Assembly: GCA_950054255.1 (NCBI GenBank)
Contig: CATLOR010000001.1
Span: 839,589 to 903,588 of the forward strand
DNA: 64,000 bases
Origin: an uncultured Rickettsiales bacterium
Lineage (GTDB): Bacteria > Pseudomonadota > Alphaproteobacteria > Micavibrionales > GCA-2720935
Reading direction: 5' to 3'
Of this stretch, positions 36,004 to 44,111 are shown one piece after another (position 1 is the first letter of the stretch; each line of letters begins with the position of its first letter). Both the position numbers and the translations under genes were made by a program. The notes beneath the pieces are model-generated. The model was not told the DNA's origin. It was given only the letters and a program-made list of their open reading frames with translations, and ran no database searches.

Positions 36004-36968
36004 CACAGAAAGTTTTTGGATATTTCTCTTCACCAATTGAAGACTTAGAAGTTGATATTCTAAGTGGTGTGCGTATTTATAACGAGGCTCAAAAGCGTGG
36101 TTATAAGATGGTCTATATTTATCAAAAGACGCTGAGTTTTGAGAATGGTGCGCTATATGCACAGGCCTGCGAGATGAATTTCTTCCCAGATCGTGACAAA
36201 ATAGAAGATCGTTACGAACAAGGTGAAATGTATAAATTTAATATGCATGATCTAGATGTTTTATTTTTTAGAAAGCCGCCCCCTTTAAATGAAGAATATA
36301 TGGCATATACATATTTCCTTGAAGCCTTAGAAGAGCAAGGCGTGTTATGTATTAATAGTCCTAAAGGAATGAGAGGTGGCCATTCAAAGTTACAGACATT
36401 GAAATTCCCAGAATATATTATACCGACCCTTTTTAGTTTGAATGTGGATGAGATTGTCAGTTTTGTTCATGAGCATAAAAAAGCGGTTATTAAACCGCTT
36501 GATGCAAAAGGCGGTGAAGGGATCTTGATGCTTCATCATGATGACTTAAATTTAAAATCAATGATTGAAACGGTTAGAAAAGCCTATGGGAATTTAGTCA
36601 TTGTACAAAAATTTATCCCCGAAGCGGTAACAGAAGGGGATAAGCGTGTTCTATTATTTGATGGAAAACCTTATGGAGCTATGCTTCGTCAAGCCAATAA
36701 ATCTGACTTTAGGACAAATGTAACAGCAGGTGGGACTTTTGTAAAAACAGATCTTACAGATCGTGAAAAAGAAATTTGTGATGTTATTGGTGAATATCTC
36801 AGAGATAATGGCTTATTTATGGTGGGGCTTGATTTGATTGGAGGTTATATCACAGAGATCAATTGCACAACCCCTGGGGCTATGACCTATATCAACAAAT
36901 TATACGATATCAAACTAGAAGAAAAATTCATGGATATCGTCGATGAGAAAACGCAAGCAAAACCATAA
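36000..36968 (+). CDS. Divergent GshB-family ATP-grasp ligase, copy 2
   Basis: 322 aa; FFRKPPP, GGHSKLQTLKFP (shared with copy 1), IKPLDAKGGEGI, EGDKRVLLFDG, DFRTNVTAGG, MVGLDLIGGYITEIN. The N-terminal substrate-binding region is more diverged (no KDSS-like motif). Confidence 0.7.
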   Translation: MTQKVFGYFSSPIEDLEVDILSGVRIYNEAQKRGYKMVYIYQKTLSFENGALYAQACEMNFFPDRDKIEDRYEQGEMYKFNMHDLDVLFFRKPPPLNEEYMAYTYFLEALEEQGVLCINSPKGMRGGHSKLQTLKFPEYIIPTLFSLNVDEIVSFVHEHKKAVIKPLDAKGGEGILMLHHDDLNLKSMIETVRKAYGNLVIVQKFIPEAVTEGDKRVLLFDGKPYGAMLRQANKSDFRTNVTAGGTFVKTDLTDREKEICDVIGEYLRDNGLFMVGLDLIGGYITEINCTTPGAMTYINKLYDIKLEEKFMDIVDEKTQAKP

Positions 36969-36982
36969 TATTTTAATTATGT

Positions 36983-37009
36983 TTGACAGGGTGTATTCCT
37001 TTCTATAGC
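36983..37009 (+). promoter_or_regulatory. Possible promoter upstream of the HD hydrolase gene
   Basis: TTGACA (36983-36988), short 15-nt spacer, TATAGC (37004-37009). Confidence 0.3.
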
Positions 37010-37056
37010 GTTTTATTATAGGCTGACATTTAAAAAATAAAACAGGGAGTAAGCGC

Positions 37057-37746
37057 ATGTTTTCCAAAAAAGAAATCAAAATGAGATGGCATTCATATGT
37101 TCAAGAACAGATTGAGCAAGGGAAACCAAAACCAGAAGCTAGCTTGAACCTAGCGCTCTTAATTGCGTCTTCTGCCTTGATGAGTCAAAAGCTATGGAAC
37201 GGTGATGATTATATGGATCATCCTATGTTTGTGGCGATGCATAATACAGATTCCATGAAAAAGAAAATCGTGGGTATTTTACATGATGTTGTTGAAGACA
37301 GTGATTGGACAATTGATGATTTAAGAGAGCTTGGCTTTGATGAGGAGATTGTTTTAGCTGTTGGTGCCGTAACAAAACGACCAGGTGAAAAATATGTAGA
37401 ATTTATCGAACGTTGTGGAGCATCTGGTGCTGTTGCGATTGATGTGAAATTAAAAGATTTACATCATAATTCTATTAATATCCGTACACCAAATATTGAT
37501 AAAACGGAAAAGCAAAGATTGAAATCAGGGCTTTATAATATTTCTTATTATTATCTTTTGGATATTAAAAAAGGAAAAGTTGAGGCTGGTACAAAGCTAT
37601 CTGATTATATTCAGTCACACCCTATATATGGGCAGCAAAGCAAGATTTTGATTGAGCAAATCTATTCATCATTTTCTGCGCAATCATATCAAGAGCAAGC
37701 CGAAACACATCACTTAAAAAGATCACCAGTTCCAAACTGCTCTTAA
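37057..37746 (+). CDS. Stand-alone HD-domain protein, RelA/SpoT-hydrolase-like (small alarmone hydrolase candidate)
   Basis: 229 aa; MDHPMFVA...IVGILHDVVEDSDWTIDDLRELGFDEEIVLAVGAVTKRPGE...DVKLKDLHHN resembles the (p)ppGpp hydrolase HD_4 core. No synthetase domain. Confidence 0.65.
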   Translation: MFSKKEIKMRWHSYVQEQIEQGKPKPEASLNLALLIASSALMSQKLWNGDDYMDHPMFVAMHNTDSMKKKIVGILHDVVEDSDWTIDDLRELGFDEEIVLAVGAVTKRPGEKYVEFIERCGASGAVAIDVKLKDLHHNSINIRTPNIDKTEKQRLKSGLYNISYYYLLDIKKGKVEAGTKLSDYIQSHPIYGQQSKILIEQIYSSFSAQSYQEQAETHHLKRSPVPNCS

Positions 37747-37764
37747 TAAAATCATTGAATTTTT

Positions 37765-38610
37765 TTATGAATTAATGCCCTTGTTGAAATCTAAAACGAG
37801 GCGAGGGCCTTTGTCAGCACTGACAGGTGGAAGTGTGAATACCTTAACTGTCATATCGTCGCCGTTTGTTGTAATGCGCATTGTTGAATATTCAGGGAAT
37901 TGCTTGGATATATAGCCTGTAATTAAGCCCTCTTTCTTTGATGTCCATGTCTTATCTGCAGCCCAATCGGTCTTATCAAAAGTGATGACAATATCGCTTT
38001 CATCTTTTGTGATATCATAATTCATTTCACTGTTAGGGGCAAAGTCAACAACAAGGCGCGTTCCAGCATTGAAGCTCCCAAAGCGAATATCTACAATTTC
38101 ATGAGGGAAACCGAGTTTATCAACAGCCATATTGTCATCTTCACCTATCATAGCTTTTGCGAGATCTGTTGGCGCAGTATTTGATGGTGATGTTTCACTC
38201 ATCATTTTATCATCTGGAGCCATATTTGGAATGTCTGTTTCTACTTCTGCATTATCGAGATCATCAGGTGTTTCTGCAGGGGGATTTGCATCTTCAAGAC
38301 GGCGGCTTACGGCAGGGTCTGTTAATTTAGATAGCTCTGTAATAAGGGTTTGAATATCAGATTCAATGGCAACTAAATTTTGGATATTTGGCTCAACAGC
38401 GCGGAAATCACGTTCCAGTAGATCTATACGTTGCTCAATCTTCTTCATTTGATCTTCAAGTACCTGTTGCTCTTTGTCACCAGAACTACCGATATATTGC
38501 AAAGGAGAGCCGATTGTTTCTTTTGTATCGGCGCAACCAAATAGCAAACTGCTCAGAACTAATCCGAGCATTATATGTGCTAGCAATGATATATTGTGGT
38601 TAAAAGTCAT
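37765..38610 (-). CDS. Lipoprotein with coiled-coil, acidic/Pro-rich linker and C-terminal AMIN-like domain
   Basis: Lipobox LLFGC. C-terminus IVDIRFGSFNAGTRLVVDFAPNSEMNYDI...VKVFTLPPVSADKGPRLVLDF resembles AMIN (AmiC/PilQ N-terminal) domains. The start codon overlaps the chaperone stop (ATGA). Confidence 0.55.
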   Translation of the reverse strand: MTFNHNISLLAHIMLGLVLSSLLFGCADTKETIGSPLQYIGSSGDKEQQVLEDQMKKIEQRIDLLERDFRAVEPNIQNLVAIESDIQTLITELSKLTDPAVSRRLEDANPPAETPDDLDNAEVETDIPNMAPDDKMMSETSPSNTAPTDLAKAMIGEDDNMAVDKLGFPHEIVDIRFGSFNAGTRLVVDFAPNSEMNYDITKDESDIVITFDKTDWAADKTWTSKKEGLITGYISKQFPEYSTMRITTNGDDMTVKVFTLPPVSADKGPRLVLDFNKGINS

Positions 38611-39425
38611 GGGCGATTAAAGGTAAATTCGTGAAAAATCCTATTATTATATTCGTTTTTTCCTTCGTAGATAACACGAAGCTTTTTGATAGAGGAGGGG
38701 ATGTCTTCATAAATGGGGATAGAGACATTTTTTTGTGCGGTTTCAGGGAAGATAGAAACATTGTTTACGACCGCGAGAAGGTTTTCGTTACTTGTGTCAT
38801 TCGCATCAAAAACCTTTAAGCTTCCATAGGTGCTGGCGTCACCAGTGCGAGAAATGGACACAATGAATTGGTCTTGTTGATCTGATGCAATGCTTTTTTT
38901 ATAATCAACAGCAGTGATTTCCGCATTAACTTCCAAATTGCCTTGGCGGAGAATAACAGGGATGCTGATTGATAGGTTTAATGACAGGCTAATCCCTGCA
39001 GGGTTGTCTTGATAGTCTTTTGGATCAGAGAGTTGTTTGAAGAGAAGGTGTGAACGATATTCACCATCTTCAAGTCCTGCTGGTTTACGAACAGCGATAC
39101 GGATGGCTTGTTTATCACCAGGAGCGAGTGTTACTTGGCGCGGGCTAAAGCGAATGAAATCTTGTGATGTTTTAATAGATGCATATCGTGGATCATTTTC
39201 TTCGATTATTTCATAACTTCCGTTTTCATCAACGATTGTATTAAACCATTCTGTTCTAAATGTTGCGACTTTATCAGATCTGTTGATGATAGTGATGACT
39301 TGTGAACGTGTGCGGTCTTCGAAAACGGCTCTGTAAGGGGTCACCATAATGCTAGCTATGCCATTGAAAGGAATAGATAAAGTAATTAAGAATAGACATA
39401 AAAAAATAAAAAAACGACTCGGCAC
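38607..39425 (-). CDS. PapD-like periplasmic pilus chaperone
   Basis: 272 aa with a signal peptide. IMVTPYRAVFEDRTRSQVITIINRSDKVATFRTEW and FSPRQVTLAPGDKQAIRIAV...EYRSHLLF follow the two-domain chaperone pattern. Confidence 0.7.
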   Translation of the reverse strand: MPSRFFIFLCLFLITLSIPFNGIASIMVTPYRAVFEDRTRSQVITIINRSDKVATFRTEWFNTIVDENGSYEIIEENDPRYASIKTSQDFIRFSPRQVTLAPGDKQAIRIAVRKPAGLEDGEYRSHLLFKQLSDPKDYQDNPAGISLSLNLSISIPVILRQGNLEVNAEITAVDYKKSIASDQQDQFIVSISRTGDASTYGSLKVFDANDTSNENLLAVVNNVSIFPETAQKNVSIPIYEDIPSSIKKLRVIYEGKNEYNNRIFHEFTFNRP

Positions 39426-39514
39426 GAGGATCCTCCTGATTCATATAAAATTATAGAGTGATTTGCCCTATAAAACCAAAGACTTTTTTAGATTTTTTCT
39501 TTATTTTTCAAGGA

Positions 39515-39982
39515 TTAAAAGTTCGCAGTTATTTCAACTTCACCTGTGTAAGCGCCATCAGAATAATAATTTCCATTTCCCGATGTGGATAGGGTTGTTC
39601 CGACATTAAAGGTTGCGGATCCGCCTGGATCTGTTGTGATTGTTGCAGGGTCTGTGACGGCATCTGATATTGAAAAATATTGTGGTCCTATACCATCATG
39701 AAGGACATCTGTTGCCGCAAAGCTAACGGTAATTGTTGTGTTGCCGGGGAAGCTTTGTAGTCGAATACGGGCGGAGTCACCATCTGATAGGACGACAATA
39801 TGGCTTGGGTTGGCTGTAATATCACCGTTTGGAGCGATAATGAGATCGCGTGGAGCGTCATTATCGACGATTGTGAGGTCGCCATAAATAAATTGTCTTA
39901 ACACATCAATAGTTTGTGCCGTTGCCGTAAGGGGGGCAAGGCTTACGAGTGTTAAGAATGTTATAAGGGCATATTTTTTCAT
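39515..39982 (-). CDS. DUF4402-like secreted subunit (155 aa, putative minor pilin)
   Basis: Start moved to ATG 39982 (MKKYALITFLTLVSLAPLTATAQT). Beta-rich, ending GSATFNVGTTLSTSGNGNYYSDGAYTGEVEITANF. Confidence 0.65.
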   Translation of the reverse strand: MKKYALITFLTLVSLAPLTATAQTIDVLRQFIYGDLTIVDNDAPRDLIIAPNGDITANPSHIVVLSDGDSARIRLQSFPGNTTITVSFAATDVLHDGIGPQYFSISDAVTDPATITTDPGGSATFNVGTTLSTSGNGNYYSDGAYTGEVEITANF

Positions 39983-40011
39983 TGATCCTATAGTAGGCGA
40001 TTCTAACAAAG

Positions 40012-40043
40012 AAAAAAGGCCTGAATTCAATTCAGGCCTTTTT
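40012..40043 (-). terminator. Strong hairpin/U-tract between the two subunit genes (intra-operon terminator or attenuator)
   Basis: Minus strand: AAAAAGGCCTGAATT-G-AATTCAGGCCTTTTT, a perfect inverted repeat followed by TTTTTTC. It is 22 nt after the stop of the 193-aa gene. Confidence 0.75.
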
Positions 40044-40065
40044 AAAATTCTTATATTTACAGATA

Positions 40066-40647
40066 TTAGTATGCAACTGTTACGTTGTATGTACCTGTGT
40101 ATGATCCAGCTGCTTCATAAGCGCCTGTTCCTGCGATTGTGCTTAATGTCGCACCAACGTAGAATGTAGCGTCACCAGAACCATCTGTTGTTACTTGGTC
40201 GTCGGCGCCATCGTCAACGAATGTATCAACTGTGAAATCAGGTGTACCAGGAGCACATGCACCACATGATAATGTGATAGGAGCCGCTGGTAATTCGATG
40301 TTCATAACTGTTGTTGCAAGCGCACCACCAATATCAAATTGTGCACGGTCACCATCAACTGAAGATACGATGAAATCGTCTGTAGCGCCACCAACGTTTG
40401 TTACTGTTACGCTGTTAGCTGCATCAGCACCGATATCAAGAGTTGCTACGGCACCACCACCGCCACCACGGCGAGATGCTACGATTGTACCAAAGTCAAT
40501 AGCTGATGTTTCTGTTACTGTGAACGCCGCTGCTGTTGTTACACTAGCGTTAGACGCCGTCGTTACTTGTGCCTGTACAGGCGAAGACATAGCAATAACT
40601 GCTGCTGCAGCGATAGCCATGTAAGATGTTTTCGTAAATAGTTTCAT
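40066..40647 (-). CDS. DUF4402-like secreted subunit (193 aa, putative major pilin)
   Basis: Signal peptide MKLFTKTSYMAIAAAAVIAMSSPVQA. A/T/G-rich beta protein with AIDFGTIV near the N-terminus, ending ATFYVGATLSTIAGTGAYEAAGSYTGTYNVTVAY. GAGGA RBS. Confidence 0.65.
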   Translation of the reverse strand: MKLFTKTSYMAIAAAAVIAMSSPVQAQVTTASNASVTTAAAFTVTETSAIDFGTIVASRRGGGGGAVATLDIGADAANSVTVTNVGGATDDFIVSSVDGDRAQFDIGGALATTVMNIELPAAPITLSCGACAPGTPDFTVDTFVDDGADDQVTTDGSGDATFYVGATLSTIAGTGAYEAAGSYTGTYNVTVAY

Positions 40648-40978
40648 GCTTCCTCACTTTCAATTTACGTTACGTTTACGTGGTTACTTTTATAAAAAAG
40701 TTTTCAAACCAAGAGGCTTAAATGTATCTGAGATTTATTGCGCAGGGCAAAATATCCTTTCTGTTCATATAAGCACCTTGACGACTGACAAGGTCGATAT
40801 AACCATTATGGCAGGTAAAGTCTTAAAGAATACTTAAGACGTACTTAAAAATATCACACAGATTTTATAAAATCAACAAGCAATTAACAGTTTGTTTTTT
40901 TAGGTGTTTTCTGATAGTTTTGAAGAGTATACATTAATATCCACAACTTTACTCACAAAGTTGTAACTAAGCGTCGCT

Positions 40979-43900
40979 ATGAAGATAAGTAAAAAAATGA
41001 AAAAAATAATGGCTTTTCAGGCTGTTTTTATGACAGTGGCTATGGCTTCTATGCCGATGGCTTATGCTTCTACGAGTTTGCAAGATTTGGCAAAACGCTT
41101 TTTATCAACCGTTGGTGAAAAATTAGAGAATGCGGAAGAGTCTAGGCGTGCTAAAGCGAAAGGTAACGTTAATTCACTGGTTGGAATTGCTGATGGTGAA
41201 GAGCTTGTTTTTGCTCTAAAAAAAGGAAGTTTAGTTCTTTCTGAGGCGCTTTTTGCTCAAAAGAAAGAAGGAAGGCTGTATCTATACTTTGATGATTTCT
41301 TAAGAGCTGTTGATTTTCCAATCGATATTGATCTTGAGGCTAAGAAGGCAGATGGATGGTTTGTGCGTGAAGGTAATCGCTTCTCAATGGATCTAGAGGC
41401 ACAAGAAATTATAGTTAATGAGTATCAAATTCCTTTAGAAGCGAGTGATTATTTTATATTAGAAGAAGGTTTTGGGGGGCTTTATATTGAGAAAGCTGTT
41501 CTTGAACGTGCTTTTGGAGTTGGGTTGGATTTCAAAGTTTCGAATCTTGAAATCCGTTTTTCAAGTGATTTTGCTCTTCCTGTTGAGGAGAAACTATATA
41601 GACAACAGAGAAAAGAGAGTCTGATTTTCACGAAAAATGAAGCAGAACTTCCTGAGATTAAGCAAGACTATAAAATGGCAACGATGCCTTTTGTTGATGT
41701 GCAAATGAGGAATTCATATCAAAAAAGAGAAGGTGCGGATGAAGCTCAAACAAATGCATCCTATTCTGTGATAACGGCGAGTGATTTCTTGTATGGTGGT
41801 TTAAAAACATATACATCAGGTAGTGATACTGAGAAGATTGAGCAATTTCGTTTTGATTGGACGCGAGAATCTCAATCAGAAGATGAAACTATTTTAGGAT
41901 TTAATAAAATACAAATGGGGGATGTGACGACACCGCGTTTGAATGTATTTAGAGGTTCTGGGCAAGAATTTGGCTTTAGACTCAGTAATGAAAGCTCTTT
42001 TCTTAACAAAGAAAATGAAAAAACAGATGTAACTCGTTTTGAAGGCGATATTCAGCCAGGCTGGGATATTGAGATTTATCGTAATAATATCTTAGTTGCA
42101 ACTCACACGGCTGATTCTACGGGGCAATATATTATTGAAGATGTGCCTCTTACTTTTGGAGAAAATAACTTTCGACTTGTTTTTTATGGCCCGCAAGGAC
42201 AGGTTTCAGAACGTGAAGAACTTATTATTAGGCGCAATAATCGATTTGATATTGGTGAGGCAACTTATAGTGTGTCCTTAACAAACCAAAATGAAATCAC
42301 CTATAGAAATGAAGATGCTGGCTATGCAGATTTACCAGATTCAGGTTCTCCGAACTTAATAGGGACCATGGATTTTGGTTTAAGTGATGAATATTCAATG
42401 TCTTTAGGTGGCCGTATTCTTGAACGTAATAAAGAGCAGTTAATTCAAGTTGCAACAGGGCTAACAGGGTATTTTGATTCTGGCATCTATGAAGCTAACT
42501 TAGGAGTTGAAGATACAGGAGAGTATGCGATTGAATTATCAGCTCTGACAAATATAAATAGGCAATCTGTTCGGGCGAGTGCTGAGTTTCGTTCGGATGA
42601 CTTTGATAAAACGCGCCCTGATGTAGATAATTTGATTCATTTATCAGATGTAAGTGTGAGTGGTGAAATAGCACCTTCTGTTAATTATCTAGCGACGCAT
42701 GAATATAGAAAATTTGAAAGCGGGAATAATAGGCAACAATTAGGCTTTGATGTTTCTAAGAAGGTTAGAAAAGGTCTTTTTGGCGTTGGTTATGACTATG
42801 TTAAGAGTGATTTTTCTGGAATTGATACAAATACTCAGACAGTCTCTTTAAATGGGCGTTATAATTTGGGCGGATACTTTCTGCGTGGGAATATAAATTA
42901 TGATATTGAGCCAGAACCAGGGGCGCGTTCTTATTTAGTTGCTGCGCATACAAGGCTTAATGAGAAGCTAACAGGGGATGTTCAATTAGAGCATACACCA
43001 AGTAATTCAAGAACAGAATTAAGAACACGTCTTAGTTACACAGGTGAGTATTTCACATTAACACCAGATTTACGTGTTAATTCAGATAATGAAATCTTTG
43101 CTTTTACAACGTTGCGTTTTGGTCTTGGTGCTGATCCATATTCTGATAATTTAAAAGTTCATAGAAATGGTCTAACATCACGTGGAGGTGTTTCTGCTCG
43201 CGTTTTCTTGGATGAAGATGGTGATGGTATTTGGGATATATATGAACGCCCTCTACAAGATGTAAAAGTCATGGGTAAACAAATTGCTCAGTTTGATACA
43301 ACAAATGAGCATGGTGTTGCTTTTATTCCATCATTTAATGCGGGGCAATTAACCGATATTACGATTGATCCGAGAACGCTTGAAGATCCATATTATGTTT
43401 CTCTAAATAAAGGAAACTCAATTCGCGCACGCTCTGGTCAGGTCACGCAAATGGATTTCCCGATTGCAATCTCTGGAGAGATTGATGGGTCTGTTTTCTT
43501 TTATGATCGTTATGGACAAAGACAGCCTGTTGCCAATATGAACCTTTTCTTAGTGAATATGGATGGCAAAATAGTGAATACAGCGCTTACGGCTTATGAT
43601 GGTTTTTATGTGATGAGTGATATCTTTCCAGGTGATTATCACGTGATCTTAGATCCAATTGTTTTGGAGCAAAATAAGCTCGTTCAAATAGAGCCTAAAG
43701 GCTATCATTTCGGAGCGTCAGGGACCGTGTTTTATGATCAAAACTTTACGACTTATTATGATGATATAAAGCCTCAAAAAATGGCTGAGATTAATGCTAA
43801 TCCAAAAACAGAAACAAAAATGGTCTTAGAGTTAGGGCGGTTCAAATCAAAGCTGATGCTAGCGGTTCAATGGCTTAAATATAAAGTGAATTATAGAAGT

Positions 43901-44101
43901 CTGTTATCAGGGCTTTCAACATATGAAGGCCTTGTTGAAAACGCCTTGAATGAGGGTGATATACGTTATCCCTTACAGTTAGGTCCGATCAAAGATATCA
44001 AGCGTGCAAAATCGATTTGTGAAGCCTTAAGCGAAGAGGGTGTTGATTGTATGTTGCGTGCGATCTCTACTGAAGAGGATGCCAAAGAGCGCAAAGTGTA
44101 A
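40979..44101 (+). CDS. Usher-like outer membrane protein (1040 aa) with C-terminal SPOR-like domain
   Basis: Signal peptide ...MASMPMAYAS. Usher-like middle segment GDIQPGWDIEIYRNNILVATHTADSTGQYIIEDVPLTFGENNFRLVFYGPQGQVSERE. Long beta-strand-rich region. CarboxypepD_reg-like segments (VFLDEDGDGIWDIYERPLQDVKV; DGKIVNTALTAYDGFYVMSDIFPGDYHV). C-terminus LELGRFKSKLMLAVQW...RYPLQLGPIKDIKRAKSICEALSEEGVDCMLRA resembles SPOR. Confidence 0.55.
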   Translation: MKISKKMKKIMAFQAVFMTVAMASMPMAYASTSLQDLAKRFLSTVGEKLENAEESRRAKAKGNVNSLVGIADGEELVFALKKGSLVLSEALFAQKKEGRLYLYFDDFLRAVDFPIDIDLEAKKADGWFVREGNRFSMDLEAQEIIVNEYQIPLEASDYFILEEGFGGLYIEKAVLERAFGVGLDFKVSNLEIRFSSDFALPVEEKLYRQQRKESLIFTKNEAELPEIKQDYKMATMPFVDVQMRNSYQKREGADEAQTNASYSVITASDFLYGGLKTYTSGSDTEKIEQFRFDWTRESQSEDETILGFNKIQMGDVTTPRLNVFRGSGQEFGFRLSNESSFLNKENEKTDVTRFEGDIQPGWDIEIYRNNILVATHTADSTGQYIIEDVPLTFGENNFRLVFYGPQGQVSEREELIIRRNNRFDIGEATYSVSLTNQNEITYRNEDAGYADLPDSGSPNLIGTMDFGLSDEYSMSLGGRILERNKEQLIQVATGLTGYFDSGIYEANLGVEDTGEYAIELSALTNINRQSVRASAEFRSDDFDKTRPDVDNLIHLSDVSVSGEIAPSVNYLATHEYRKFESGNNRQQLGFDVSKKVRKGLFGVGYDYVKSDFSGIDTNTQTVSLNGRYNLGGYFLRGNINYDIEPEPGARSYLVAAHTRLNEKLTGDVQLEHTPSNSRTELRTRLSYTGEYFTLTPDLRVNSDNEIFAFTTLRFGLGADPYSDNLKVHRNGLTSRGGVSARVFLDEDGDGIWDIYERPLQDVKVMGKQIAQFDTTNEHGVAFIPSFNAGQLTDITIDPRTLEDPYYVSLNKGNSIRARSGQVTQMDFPIAISGEIDGSVFFYDRYGQRQPVANMNLFLVNMDGKIVNTALTAYDGFYVMSDIFPGDYHVILDPIVLEQNKLVQIEPKGYHFGASGTVFYDQNFTTYYDDIKPQKMAEINANPKTETKMVLELGRFKSKLMLAVQWLKYKVNYRSLLSGLSTYEGLVENALNEGDIRYPLQLGPIKDIKRAKSICEALSEEGVDCMLRAISTEEDAKERKV

Positions 44102-44111
44102 CTCTATTTTC

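Noticed and set aside
40232-40624. 130-aa plus-strand ORF (Ala/Pro/Val-rich) inside the major subunit gene
   Set aside because: It is the antisense shadow of the GC-richer, Ala/Thr/Gly-rich DUF4402-like gene. The minus-strand gene has a signal peptide, an RBS and a family-like C-terminus.
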